DNA of 64,000 nucleotides from Planctomycetota bacterium (GTDB lineage: Bacteria; Planctomycetota; UBA8108; SXIK01), in contig CBDCXR010000004.1 in assembly GCA_965223845.1 (NCBI GenBank), positions 7,392,001 to 7,456,000 on the forward strand. Direction: 5' to 3'. The position numbers and the translations under genes were made by a program. The notes under the pieces were generated by a model that saw nothing but the letters and a program-made list of their open reading frames with translations, was not told where the DNA came from and searched no databases. Of this stretch, positions 51,881 to 62,273 are shown one piece after another (position 1 is the first letter of the stretch; each line of letters begins with the position of its first letter).

Positions 51881-53011
51881 CTAGAGCTCGAACGCGTACC
51901 CGAGCGAGGCGAGATAGAGGGTGTCGCTCCGCCGCCGTCCCGGGGCCGGGGTGTTGTCCCAGCGCCACTGAACCGAGAACGCGGCGAAGAACCCGTTCCA
52001 AATCGTTAGGCGGACGCCCTGGTGCGTGATGATGTAGATGTCCTTGCCGTGCTCGAGGCTCGGAAAGCCCTCGTGGTTGTGAAAGATCGTGACTTTTCCG
52101 TCGACGACTTCCCAGTCGAGCCGAAAGGCCCACCGGGCCGTGACGAACTCGTCGTCGTTCGCGCCGCCGTCGTAGTCCTCACTGAAGTAGGCGACACCAC
52201 CCTCAACGTACGAATCGAGGCCGGCGAACATGCCGTCGAAATCGCCCTTGTTGACGAGCTGGTAGCCGAGACCGGCACTGAGAGCGGTCCGGAGCTTGAG
52301 GTCCTGGAAGCTGTCGCCCTCGAAGAGCGAGGAAGCGTAAATGAACAGGCGCTCGGTGACGAAGAAATCGTACTTGAGCTGACCGCGCGCGTTTCTCGCC
52401 GTGACCGAGCCGGTGTCTTCGGCGTAGTTGTACGCGCCGCTCGCCGTGAAGCGTTGGCGCAGATTGCGAGCGATGAATTCGCCGCTCACGCTGCCCGTCT
52501 TCGTGCGCGTGTTGCCGTCGTTGATCGAACCGCCGGCCTGAATGAGTCCGGTGTAGGTGGTCCCCGCTGGCGGGGGGGGATTGATCGCGGCGACCGCGGT
52601 CAGGGGGACCGAGATCGGTTCCGAGGCGTCGTCTACCGTGACGTTCAGATGGCCGTCGGTTCCCGGCGAAACCGTTCCGTTCAGCTCCGAACCGCCCTCG
52701 AGAAGAAGCCGGAGCTTCATCTTCGAGTCGATGCTCTTTACCTGCGAATAGTCGATCGGGACATCGCCCGCAAACTTGGTCTTCACATTGAGCGTGCCGT
52801 CGCCCATGTCGACCACGTCGCCCTGAACCTCGCTCCCGTCGTTGAGCTGAATCGTCGTCGGCTCCGGCGGTGCTTCGGGAGTGGCATCACCGTCCTGGCT
52901 CGCGAGCGGGCCGGTTGCCACGACCACGGCGACCGCGATGAAGGCGGCGAACGAGCGCCGGCGGCGTGCGCCTCTGAGGGGGCTTTGGTCCAATGCGTAT
53001 CGATCCTGCAT
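51881..53011 (-). CDS. DUF481 outer-membrane beta-barrel protein
   Basis: DGNT, KYDFF, DSFQDLKLR, GLGYQ, WDNTPAPG, terminal LGYAFEL. Confidence 0.85.
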   Translation of the reverse strand: MQDRYALDQSPLRGARRRRSFAAFIAVAVVVATGPLASQDGDATPEAPPEPTTIQLNDGSEVQGDVVDMGDGTLNVKTKFAGDVPIDYSQVKSIDSKMKLRLLLEGGSELNGTVSPGTDGHLNVTVDDASEPISVPLTAVAAINPPPPAGTTYTGLIQAGGSINDGNTRTKTGSVSGEFIARNLRQRFTASGAYNYAEDTGSVTARNARGQLKYDFFVTERLFIYASSLFEGDSFQDLKLRTALSAGLGYQLVNKGDFDGMFAGLDSYVEGGVAYFSEDYDGGANDDEFVTARWAFRLDWEVVDGKVTIFHNHEGFPSLEHGKDIYIITHQGVRLTIWNGFFAAFSVQWRWDNTPAPGRRRSDTLYLASLGYAFEL

Positions 53012-53049
53012 CGTCTACAGACTCCATCCGAGTTCGTGCTGCCCGCGAG

Positions 53050-54345
53050 CTACTTCTTGACTGCGTAGAGTGCCCGCTTCGTGCGAAAGAAAAACTGACC
53101 CTCACTGACCGCAGGGGTCGCCATCGTCGTCTCTTCGAAGTGACTCTCGCCGACGACGCGAAACGTGTCGTCCGCGGCGAGCGCTTTGCATTCACCGTCG
53201 ACGCTCGTGAAGTACACTTTGCCGTCTCCGGCGACGGGAGACGATTTGACGTCGCCCCGAAAGAGCCGCTCTTCCCACAAGACGTTCCCGTTTTCTGCGT
53301 TGAGACAGGTCGCGATGCCGTTGTCGCGAATCATGTAGACCCGGTCGTCCAAACAGACCGGGGTCGAGCAATCAGGTGCGTATTTCCCGTCGTAGGTCCA
53401 GTCGTGATGGCTCTTCGTGACATCACCTTTCCCGCCGACCCGGACCGCGCGGACGTGCCCCTGACCGCGGAAACCCGACGCGACCGCGAAAAACCGGCCG
53501 CTGCCGAACGTTGGGGACGCGATCGTCCGTCCGTAGGGGTGCGACACCTGGAGGCCGCTGCTCACCCAGAGTTCTTCGCCGGATTTCGGACGGTAGGCGT
53601 TGATATGGTCCGCGCCGGCGACGACGAGCTGTGCGCCGCCGTCCACGTTGACGATGAGCGGAGTCGAGTACGAGTCGCGCGCTTCACCCTTGGACTTTAG
53701 GTCGCGCTCGCGTTTCCACGCTTCATCGCCCGTGTTCTCATCGACGGCGAGAACGTACGACGGACCCTGATCCATGCAGACGACGAACACTCGGCCGTCG
53801 TGGCGGACGGGCGAACTCCCCATCCCCCACTGGATGCTGTACTTTCCGAGATCCTTCTGCAGATCGTGCTCCCACACCGTCTTGCCGCTCGCATCGAGGC
53901 AGACGAAGAGTCCCGTTCCGAAGAGCGCCCAAACGCGTTTGCCATCGGAGACCGGAGTCGGCGACGCCATGTTGTGAAGCTTGTGCGCCTTCTGCGATCC
54001 CTGACCGACGCGGCGGGTCCAGAGAGGATCGCCGGATGCGCGATCGATCGCGACGACGTGGAGACTCGAGTCCTCCGTTTGCGTCGTCAAGTAGATGCGG
54101 CCTCCGGCGACGATCGGAGACGAGTTTCCCCAGCCGTCGATCGGCCGTCGCCACGCGATGTCCTCCTTCGACCACGACGCGCGGAGCTTGGTTCCCTCGG
54201 GAGCGAGACCGAGTCCGCCGGGACCTCGCCAGCGCGGCCAGTCGTCGGGAGCGCCGCACGCGGGACGAGTTGCCGCGAAGATGATCAACGCGCTCGCGAG
54301 CGCGTTCCGACTCAAGTGAAGCTTCCACCGATGAGACGATCGCAT
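53050..54345 (-). CDS. PQQ-binding-like beta-propeller protein (BamB-like family)
   Basis: DWPRWRGP, GNSSPIV, ASPTPVSDG, SYSTP, SSPVAGDG, ATPAV. Confidence 0.88.
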   Translation of the reverse strand: MRSSHRWKLHLSRNALASALIIFAATRPACGAPDDWPRWRGPGGLGLAPEGTKLRASWSKEDIAWRRPIDGWGNSSPIVAGGRIYLTTQTEDSSLHVVAIDRASGDPLWTRRVGQGSQKAHKLHNMASPTPVSDGKRVWALFGTGLFVCLDASGKTVWEHDLQKDLGKYSIQWGMGSSPVRHDGRVFVVCMDQGPSYVLAVDENTGDEAWKRERDLKSKGEARDSYSTPLIVNVDGGAQLVVAGADHINAYRPKSGEELWVSSGLQVSHPYGRTIASPTFGSGRFFAVASGFRGQGHVRAVRVGGKGDVTKSHHDWTYDGKYAPDCSTPVCLDDRVYMIRDNGIATCLNAENGNVLWEERLFRGDVKSSPVAGDGKVYFTSVDGECKALAADDTFRVVGESHFEETTMATPAVSEGQFFFRTKRALYAVKK

Positions 54346-54667
54346 CGTCCAGCCCTCATTCGTTACGATACGTACCTTCAGCCCGCCTGCGCGAACTCGA
54401 AAGCTCACGCGTTGGCCGCCCGTGGAAAACGTTCTCGGAGCCGAGTGTCTCGGCCGAAAGAGTGTTTTCAACGGGTGGCTAGGTCGCTCATCAGGGTTTG
54501 CCCGCTCGGATCTGTCAAGTGCTCCGACACCGATTCAGCGGCGGTCCGTATCGTGCCCCCGCAGAGGAGGGAGACGAGATCAGGAATCTCCCGAGGCCGT
54601 CTCGGTGCCGGTTCACGTCATCCGCGGGGTGGCTCGCCGCGCGCCTTTTGCTTGGAGAATCAGCTCG

Positions 54668-56104
54668 ATGAATCACTCGCTCGTCGAATCGAGGGACGTT
54701 CCGATACTGCTTCGCCGCCGCCTGGCCTCGACGCTTTCGGCCGTCCTTGCTTGCGCGATCGTCGCCGGATCACTGCGCGCGGAAGACGCGACGAACTGGC
54801 CGCAGTTTCGGGGCGCGGACTCGCGCGGGGTGTCAACGTCGGACGCGCTTCCCCACGAATGGGATCGCGAGAAGAACGTCCGCTGGGTGATCGATGTCCC
54901 GGGCCGCGGGTGGTCGTCGCCGATCGTGTGGGGAGAGCGTGTCTTTCTCACGACGGCGGTGGCCGATTCGCCTCCGGAGGAAGCGCGAAAGGGACTCTAC
55001 TTCGGCGGTGAACGACCGCGCCGGGACGTCGAGCACCAGTGGCTCGTGATGTGTCTCGATGCCGGGACGGGCCGTCTGCGCTGGATCGAGAAGGTTCACG
55101 AGGCGGTGCCGGCTGCGGGGATTCACATCAAGAGCACGTACGCGTCGGAGACGCCGGTGACCGATGGCGAGCGCGTCTACGCGTATTTCGGCAACGTGGG
55201 CCTCTTCGCTCTCGACATGGACGGCGATCCGGCCTGGGAGCGGCGCTGGCCGGCGGTGAAGACACGCCACGGGTGGGGGACCGCATCGTCACCGACGCTT
55301 CACCGCGGACGGATCTACATCGTCAACGACAACGACACCCAGTCCTATGTCGTCGCCCTCGACGCGAAGACGGGGCGCGACATCTGGCACATCGAGCGCG
55401 ACGAGAAGAGCAACTGGTCGACTCCATTTGTCTGGGAGGCCGGCGGGCGCACCGAAATCGTGACTCCGGGAACGGGGAAGGTCCGCTCCTACGGTGTCGA
55501 CGGCTCGGTTCTGTGGGAGCTCGCGGGGATGTCGTCGATCACGATCATGACTCCCTTCGCCGCTCACGGACTCCTCTACATCAGCTCCGGCTACGTCGGC
55601 GACCAGAACCGTCCGGTCTACGCGATTCGGCCTGGCGCGGAGGGTGATATTTCGCTCGAAGAAGGGGAGCGCTCGAACGCTTCGATCGCGTGGTGCGAGC
55701 GCAAGGCAGCGCCCTACAATCCATCGCCGATCGTCTACGGCGACTACCTCTACGTGCTCTACGATCGGGGCTTCTTCTTCTGTCACAATGCGAAGACCGG
55801 CGAGCTCGTCTACAAGAAGCGCCTCGCCGGAGACATCGGAGGATTCGGCGGCTTCACCTGCTCGCCGTGGGCCTACGGTGGGAGGGTGTTTTGCCTCAAC
55901 GAAGACGGTGAGACCTTCGTCGTCAAGGCGGGACCCGAGTACGAGCTCTTGGGGGTGAATCGCCTCGAGGAAATGGCGATGGCGACGCCGGCCATCGCCG
56001 GTGGACGCCTCTTCGTACGGACGCTCACGAAGCTGTACTGCATCGAGTCGGGCGGTGAGACGGGCGCCGACGGCGACGCCGGCCAGGACTCGGAGGACCG
56101 CTGA
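54668..56104 (+). CDS. PQQ-binding-like beta-propeller protein (BamB-like family)
   Basis: NWPQFRG, GWSSPIVWG, ASETPVTDG, NWSTP, MATPAIA. Confidence 0.88.
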   Translation: MNHSLVESRDVPILLRRRLASTLSAVLACAIVAGSLRAEDATNWPQFRGADSRGVSTSDALPHEWDREKNVRWVIDVPGRGWSSPIVWGERVFLTTAVADSPPEEARKGLYFGGERPRRDVEHQWLVMCLDAGTGRLRWIEKVHEAVPAAGIHIKSTYASETPVTDGERVYAYFGNVGLFALDMDGDPAWERRWPAVKTRHGWGTASSPTLHRGRIYIVNDNDTQSYVVALDAKTGRDIWHIERDEKSNWSTPFVWEAGGRTEIVTPGTGKVRSYGVDGSVLWELAGMSSITIMTPFAAHGLLYISSGYVGDQNRPVYAIRPGAEGDISLEEGERSNASIAWCERKAAPYNPSPIVYGDYLYVLYDRGFFFCHNAKTGELVYKKRLAGDIGGFGGFTCSPWAYGGRVFCLNEDGETFVVKAGPEYELLGVNRLEEMAMATPAIAGGRLFVRTLTKLYCIESGGETGADGDAGQDSEDR

Positions 56105-56117
56105 TCGATCGACGCCG

Positions 56118-57254
56118 TCAGGTTTTCATCGACGCGTGGACGTCCCGAATCGCTCCGAGCAGGGCGCGGATTTCGTTCGCGTCGATGCTCCCGATGTTCC
56201 CGATACGGAAGGTCGGGACGTCGGTGAGCTTCCCCGGATAGATGATGTAGCCGCACTCGTGCAGACGGTCGTAGAAGGCGGGGAAGTCGAACGAGGGGCT
56301 CGGGTAATGGAATGCCGTGATGATGTGGCTCTGGTCTCCCGGTGCTACGAACGGCTCGAAACCGAGCTCCGCCATTCCCTCGGTGAGGACGCGGTGATTC
56401 TCACGGTAGCGGGCCGAGCGCGCGGGGATTCCGCCTTCCGCGCGGAGCTCCTCGAGTGCGCGGCGAAAGGCGAGAAGGACGTGCGTCGGTGGGGTGTAGC
56501 GGAACTGTCCCGTCTTCTCCATGTAGGCCCACTGTCCGTAGAGATCAAGGCTGAGCGATCGGGCGTTTCCATTCGTCTCGGCCATCGCGTCGCGGCGGGA
56601 GAGCACGAACGAGAATCCGGGCGTGCCCTCGATGCACTTGTTCGCTGAGCCGACGAGGTGATCGATCGGTCCGGCGTCGAAGTCGGTCGCCTCGCCCGTT
56701 CCGATCGCGTACGCACCGAACGTCGAGATCGCGTCGACGATGAATCGACGCCCCGCCGAGGCCACGACGAGCCCGATCTCGCGGAGCGGGTGGATCACTC
56801 CCGTCGTCGTCTCGCAGTGGACGCAGACGACGTGAGAAATCGACGCGTCGGCCTGGAGCGCTCGGGCGACGGCTTCCGGTGAGTGCGGGCGGTTCTCCGG
56901 ATCGCGGTGAACGGAATGGGGGACGCCGAGCGTCTGAGCGATCAGGGCGGCGCGCTCGCCGTACGCGCCGTTTGCGAGCACGAGGAGCTTGCCGCCGGGC
57001 GGGACTGCTGCCCCGATGACCGACTCGACTCCGTAGGTTCCGCTTCCCTGAAGAAGCGTGCACGTGAGGTCAGCGCGATCTCCCGCGAGAGCGAGAAGGC
57101 CTCGGCGAATGTCCGCGACGACGTCGACGCAGTCGCGGTCCCACGAGCCGATGTCGAGAAGCATGGCTTCCCGAACGCTCCGCGTCGTCGTAAGCGGTCC
57201 GGGCGTGAAGAGAACGCGCTTCCCCGTCTCGTTCTTCGGTTCGAATTCGATCAT
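56118..57254 (-). CDS. phnW: 2-aminoethylphosphonate--pyruvate transaminase
   Basis: LFTPGPLTT, QGSGT, NGAYG, VHCETTTG, VDAISTFG, SANKCIEG (PLP Lys), FRYTPPTH, IYPGK. Confidence 0.93.
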   Translation of the reverse strand: MIEFEPKNETGKRVLFTPGPLTTTRSVREAMLLDIGSWDRDCVDVVADIRRGLLALAGDRADLTCTLLQGSGTYGVESVIGAAVPPGGKLLVLANGAYGERAALIAQTLGVPHSVHRDPENRPHSPEAVARALQADASISHVVCVHCETTTGVIHPLREIGLVVASAGRRFIVDAISTFGAYAIGTGEATDFDAGPIDHLVGSANKCIEGTPGFSFVLSRRDAMAETNGNARSLSLDLYGQWAYMEKTGQFRYTPPTHVLLAFRRALEELRAEGGIPARSARYRENHRVLTEGMAELGFEPFVAPGDQSHIITAFHYPSPSFDFPAFYDRLHECGYIIYPGKLTDVPTFRIGNIGSIDANEIRALLGAIRDVHASMKT

Positions 57255-58681
57255 CGAATACCTGTCCACGGGAGGGAGAACGTCTTCACGTTCGTGAGCG
57301 ATTTGATCGACTCTATGACACCTTCTTTGATGCCGAGCCCCGAGTCTTTCACTCCGCCGAACGGCGAGCTCTCGATGCGGAATCCGGGAACTTCGTTCAC
57401 GTTGACGGTTCCGGTGCGAATGCGACGGATCGCCTCGAGCGCGGTCGAAAGACGTTCGGTGACGATCCCGCTCGAGAGCCCGTACGCCGTCGAGTTCGCG
57501 ACCGCGATCGCGTCGTCGAGATCGTCGACCGGTATGATCGGTGCGAGTGGACCGAATGCTTCGTGGACGACGAGCTCCGCGTCGCGCGGAACATCGGCGA
57601 GAACCGTGGGCTCCATCGTCGCGCCGCGGCGACCGCCGCCGAGAAGAATCTTCGCCCCGCGAGCGACCGCGAGCGCCACCTGTTCTTCGAGGTGCTTTGC
57701 GGAATCCTCATCGATCACCGTGCCGACGCGGGTCTCGGGATCGGTCGGGTCGCCGGTTCGGTACTCCTTCGCGCGCTCGACGAACCGAGTCGTGAACTCG
57801 TCGAGGATCGGTCGCTCGACGAGAATGCGCTTCACCGCGGTACACCGCTGTCCCGAGTTGCGGAAGCTCCCCTCGGCGGCGAGATGGACGGCGAGATCGG
57901 GGTCTGCGTCGCGGCAGACGATGAGAGGGGAGTTCCCCCCGAGCTCGAGAACGAGTTTTTTGTAGCCGCAGGACTCGGCGATGCGCTTTCCCACGGCGAC
58001 GCTTCCCGTGAAGCTCACTAGCTCGACGTCAGGATGCCGGACGAGCACCTCGGCGACTTCGTCGGTCGGTCCGAGAACGACGCTGAGCAACTCCCGCGGG
58101 AGGCCCGCGTCGTAGAGCAGCTCGGCCGCGCGGATCGCCGTGAGAGGAGTCTTCTCCGACGGCTTGAGAATCGTCGGTGCGCCGGCGGCGACGGCCGGCG
58201 CCACCTTGTGGAGCACTTGGTTGAGCGGGTGGTTGAACGGAGTGATCGCGACCGCGAGACGAACGGGCTCGCGCAGGGTGAAAATCTTCCGTGCCTTCCC
58301 CTGCGGCCCGATATCGCACGAAAAGACTTCGCCGTCGTCGTGGAGCGCTTCGATGGCCGCGAAGCGGAGTACGTCGAGCGCCCGGCCGACCTCGTACTGC
58401 GTCTCTCGGATGCAGAGTCCGGACTCTGAGGTGATGAGGGCAGCGAACTCGTCGCGACGCGCTTCGAGCGACTCACGCGCGCGTTCGAGCACGGCCTGCC
58501 GTTCGTAGCGGGTGAGCTCACAGCGCGCGGCGATCGCCGCGGCGACGGCGCGCTCCGTGATAGCGCGATCGACCGTTCCCACCCGGCCGACGACGGCGCC
58601 GCGGTAAGGATCGCGAACTTCGAGTCGAGCATCGGTGACCACCGGCGCGCCGGCGATGTAGCACGGGAGATCGAGAGTCAT
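57251..58681 (-). CDS. phnY: Phosphonoacetaldehyde dehydrogenase
   Basis: ITPFNHPLNQV, LKPSEKTP, LELGGN, NSGQRCTAVKR; lies between phnA and phnW with 4 bp overlaps. Confidence 0.92.
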   Translation of the reverse strand: MTLDLPCYIAGAPVVTDARLEVRDPYRGAVVGRVGTVDRAITERAVAAAIAARCELTRYERQAVLERARESLEARRDEFAALITSESGLCIRETQYEVGRALDVLRFAAIEALHDDGEVFSCDIGPQGKARKIFTLREPVRLAVAITPFNHPLNQVLHKVAPAVAAGAPTILKPSEKTPLTAIRAAELLYDAGLPRELLSVVLGPTDEVAEVLVRHPDVELVSFTGSVAVGKRIAESCGYKKLVLELGGNSPLIVCRDADPDLAVHLAAEGSFRNSGQRCTAVKRILVERPILDEFTTRFVERAKEYRTGDPTDPETRVGTVIDEDSAKHLEEQVALAVARGAKILLGGGRRGATMEPTVLADVPRDAELVVHEAFGPLAPIIPVDDLDDAIAVANSTAYGLSSGIVTERLSTALEAIRRIRTGTVNVNEVPGFRIESSPFGGVKDSGLGIKEGVIESIKSLTNVKTFSLPWTGIR

Positions 58682-59916
58682 GACACACCGTTCACCGCGA
58701 AGTCGAAGATGTCGAAATTGCGCAGATCGCCGAGCGCACGCTGCGAGTACGAATCGCGAAGCGGTTCCGAGACGATGAACGGCACCATTTCCTCGTAGCG
58801 CCCGCCGTGCGAGCGAAGCCCGCGCGCGACCGCGCTGAGATCGTGCTTCTCGGGTGTTCGACCGATCGTCGTGTCGCGGCCGGCGAGGACGACGAGATCG
58901 CCGATCCGGTCGGCGGGAAGCTCGAGTTCGCGTGCGGCGACGCTGCGCTCGTGAACCTCAGTGATGCCGTGCAGCGAGAGGATTCGACGCGCGACCGCGG
59001 CGCGATCGACGCCCTCGGGTAGATATACCGTCGCATACGATCCGAGGGCGCCGTGGTGAACGACGTACGGGTCGGTGATCGGGAGAATCACGCGGACGCT
59101 GGGGCCGAGCTCGGCCGTGAGGATGGACTCGAGAAACACGACCTTCGGCGATCCATCCGGATGCTGCTTCGCGTTCATTCCGTGATCGGCCGTGATGCCG
59201 ACAATGACGCCGGCGGCGGCGAGGCGACCGAGTCGGTCGTCGATGCCCGCGTAGAACTCGAGCGCCGGATCTTCGTCTGGCGAGTACTTATGCTGCATGA
59301 AGTCCGTGAGCGAGAGGTACGCAAAATCCGCTCGAGATTCCTCGACGAGGCGTACGCCGGCTTCGAGGACGAACAGGCTGGCGTCCGCGCTGTAGATCTT
59401 CGGCGTTTGCGCGCCCACGAGGCGCTCGACGTCACCGATCCCGTGCGTCTCCGCCTGCGCCTCGTCCGCCCGCTCCGCGGAGAAAGCGATTCCCGAGAGG
59501 TCGTGCGCGAGGAGCGCACGCAGCTTGTCCTTCGCGGTGACCGCGGCCACTCGCCGGCCGGCGCGTGCCGCCGCCGCGAGGATGGTCGGCGCTCGGAGGT
59601 AGCTCGCCGAGTTCATCATCACTTCTTCTCCGCTCTCGCGATCGAAGAAGAAGTTGCCGGAGATTCCGTGCTCCGCCGGCGGAACGCCGGTCGTGATCGA
59701 GGCGTTGTTGGTATTCGTAAACGAAGGCAGCGCCGCCCGCGCGAAACCGCGAAATCCACGTTCGGCCAGCGCCGAGAGATGCGGCATCCGCCCGCGAACC
59801 ATCGCGGCGTCCAGGTACTCGTCGGCGCAGCCGTCGATGCAAACGACGGCGACGGGTCGCGCCGGCGGAGTGTAGTCGCGTCCGTTCACGCGGAACGGCG
59901 AAGTCGTGGGCGGCAA
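58678..59916 (-). CDS. phnA: Phosphonoacetate hydrolase
   Basis: VVCIDG, PSFTNTN, HGISGN, DFMQH, TADHGM, DPYVVHH, RSHGG; TTG start after GAGGA assumed. Confidence 0.93.
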   Translation of the reverse strand: MPPTTSPFRVNGRDYTPPARPVAVVCIDGCADEYLDAAMVRGRMPHLSALAERGFRGFARAALPSFTNTNNASITTGVPPAEHGISGNFFFDRESGEEVMMNSASYLRAPTILAAAARAGRRVAAVTAKDKLRALLAHDLSGIAFSAERADEAQAETHGIGDVERLVGAQTPKIYSADASLFVLEAGVRLVEESRADFAYLSLTDFMQHKYSPDEDPALEFYAGIDDRLGRLAAAGVIVGITADHGMNAKQHPDGSPKVVFLESILTAELGPSVRVILPITDPYVVHHGALGSYATVYLPEGVDRAAVARRILSLHGITEVHERSVAARELELPADRIGDLVVLAGRDTTIGRTPEKHDLSAVARGLRSHGGRYEEMVPFIVSEPLRDSYSQRALGDLRNFDIFDFAVNGVS

Positions 59917-60094
59917 GCTGAGATCCTCGGTTCGGAGTCCGTTTTCTCGCCCGCGGTCGGGCGGCGAGGGGACGCCATGGTAGCGCGAGGCACTTTCGAG
60001 ATGCCACCGCATCGGGCCTCGCTACTGCGGAGTGAGCGTATTCACGGTATCCTCCTCCCCTCGACACGAGATTCGATCGGAGGACTTGAGACCC

Positions 60095-61504
60095 ATGCCC
60101 CGAGAGACCGACATTCGTCCGGTCGCCGCCGCTGTTCATTTCTTACCGATCGAGACGCGTCTCCCGCTCAAGTTTGGAACGGAGACCTTGACCTCCGTGA
60201 CGCTCGCGCGCGTCCGGATCCGCGTGGAGGATCGGAGCGGGCGATCGGCGGAGGGTTGGGGTGAGACACCACTCAGCGTTCAGTGGGTCTGGCCGAGCTC
60301 GCAGTCCTACGCGTCCCGCCTTCGTGTACTCGAGCGGTTCACCGTCGACCTCGCGGAGCGCTGGCTCGACTTGGACGAGTTCGGGCACCCGGTCGAGATC
60401 GGGCACCGATTCGTATCTTCCTCCCTCAAGGAGGCGCTCGAGCACACACGCGCGCGCGCGGACCTCGAGGCGAGCGAGATGCCGTGGCTCGCCGCACTCG
60501 TTTCGGCTTCGCCGTTCGACCTCGCCCTTCATGACGCCTACGGAATTCTTCACGGCCGTCCGGTGTACGAGACCTACACCGGAGAGTTCATGAACGAGGA
60601 TCTCACGCACTTTCTCGAGCCGGCCGAGGGCAGCGCGGTGTCGTTCCGCGGTCTGTACCCCGCCGACTTTCTCGTCGACGCTCCCGCGACGCTTCCGGCT
60701 TGGCATCTCGTCGGTGGGAAGGACGCCGTGGTCGAGAGTGAGCTCACCGGGGACGAGCCAGACGATGGGTATCCCGTCCTCCTGAGCGATTGGATCCGGC
60801 GCGACGGCCTCGATTGCCTCAAGGTGAAGCTCCGCGGAAACGATGCGCCTTGGGACTACGACCGACTCGTCGCCGTCGGCCGTGTCGCGCGCGAAGGCGG
60901 AGCTCACTGGCTGAGCGCGGACTTCAACTGCACGGTCGAGGATCCTGCGTACGTGAATGAAATCCTCGACCGTCTCGTCGTCGATGAGCCGTCTCTCTAC
61001 GGCATGCTCCTCTACGTCGAGCAGCCGTTTCCGTACGAGCTCAGTGAGCATCGCATCGACGTCCACTCGACGTCTGCGCGGAAACCACTCTTCATGGACG
61101 AGAGCGCGCACGACTGGACGCTCGTCCGCCTCGGCCGGTCGCTCGGATGGACGGGCGTCGCGTTGAAGACGTGCAAGACGCAGACCGGCGCACTCCTCGC
61201 GCTCTCGTGGGCGAAGGCGCACGGTATGACGCTGATGGTACAGGATCTCACCAATCCGATGCTCGCTCAGGTGCCGCACGTTCTCCTCGCGGCGCACGCC
61301 GGTACGATCATGGGCGTCGAAACGAACGCCATGCAGTTCTACCCGGACGCTTCGGCGGCCGAGGCCGCAGTGCATCCCGGGATCTATCGGCGGCGCGGCG
61401 GCCGCGTCGACCTCTCGACGGTGACGGGATCGGGTTTCGGCTATCGCGCCGAGGAGATCGCTCGGACCATCCCTCCCCCGGTCGCCGAGTGTGGTCGCAG
61501 CTGA
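60095..61504 (+). CDS. Enolase-superfamily (mandelate racemase/MLE-like) protein
   Basis: LKVKL, ADFN, YVEQP, MDES, ALKTCK, QDL metal and acid-base motifs. Confidence 0.85.
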   Translation: MPRETDIRPVAAAVHFLPIETRLPLKFGTETLTSVTLARVRIRVEDRSGRSAEGWGETPLSVQWVWPSSQSYASRLRVLERFTVDLAERWLDLDEFGHPVEIGHRFVSSSLKEALEHTRARADLEASEMPWLAALVSASPFDLALHDAYGILHGRPVYETYTGEFMNEDLTHFLEPAEGSAVSFRGLYPADFLVDAPATLPAWHLVGGKDAVVESELTGDEPDDGYPVLLSDWIRRDGLDCLKVKLRGNDAPWDYDRLVAVGRVAREGGAHWLSADFNCTVEDPAYVNEILDRLVVDEPSLYGMLLYVEQPFPYELSEHRIDVHSTSARKPLFMDESAHDWTLVRLGRSLGWTGVALKTCKTQTGALLALSWAKAHGMTLMVQDLTNPMLAQVPHVLLAAHAGTIMGVETNAMQFYPDASAAEAAVHPGIYRRRGGRVDLSTVTGSGFGYRAEEIARTIPPPVAECGRS

Positions 61505-61517
61505 CGGAGTCGATCGA

Positions 61518-62261
61518 ATGCTGAAGGACAAGAGCGTCCTCATCACGGGTGCCTCGAGCGGAATCGGAGAAGCGACGGCCGTCGCGATCGGCGCGCGAAA
61601 AGCAAAGGTGACGCTCGTCGCTCGTCGCCGCGAACGACTCGAGGCAGTGGCGGAGCGAGTGACGCGAGCCGGCGGCGAAGCGCTCGTCGCGCCGGCCGAC
61701 GTGCGAGGCGAGGACGAGCTTCGGTCGGCGTTCGACGCGTCGATGGCTCACTGGGGCCGGCTCGACGTTCTCGTGAACAGCGCGGGCGTCGGGCGTTCGG
61801 CATCGCTACTCACGGGCGAAACCGAAGAGTGGCGCGAGATGGTCGAAGTGAACGTGCTCTCGCTCTCCGCGGCGACGCGAGAAGCGATCGCACGCTTCGA
61901 CGAAAAGCGAGGCGGGCACATCGTCCACATCTCGAGTCTTTCGGGACACCGCATCCCGCCGAAGGGAGGTTTCTACGCCGCGACGAAGTTCGCCGTACGG
62001 GCGCTCACCGAAGCGCTGCGACTCGAACTCCGCGCCGCCGGCAATCCCACGCGAGTGAGCTCGATCTCGCCGGGATTCGTGGCGACGGACTTCTTCCTCG
62101 GTCTCGACGTCGAAGCTCAGGCCAAGATCCGCGCGACCCGCGAATCCGTACGATTTCTCGATCCGGAAGACATCGCGGCATCGATCGTCCACGTGCTCGA
62201 AGCCCCGCCGCACGTCGCTGTCCACGACGTGCTCCTCCGCTCGTCGGAACAAGCGACGTAG
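61518..62261 (+). CDS. SDR family NAD(P)-dependent oxidoreductase
   Basis: TGASSGIG, NSAG, YAATK, ISPG. Confidence 0.92.
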   Translation: MLKDKSVLITGASSGIGEATAVAIGARKAKVTLVARRRERLEAVAERVTRAGGEALVAPADVRGEDELRSAFDASMAHWGRLDVLVNSAGVGRSASLLTGETEEWREMVEVNVLSLSAATREAIARFDEKRGGHIVHISSLSGHRIPPKGGFYAATKFAVRALTEALRLELRAAGNPTRVSSISPGFVATDFFLGLDVEAQAKIRATRESVRFLDPEDIAASIVHVLEAPPHVAVHDVLLRSSEQAT

Positions 62262-62273
62262 ACGTCGACCAAG

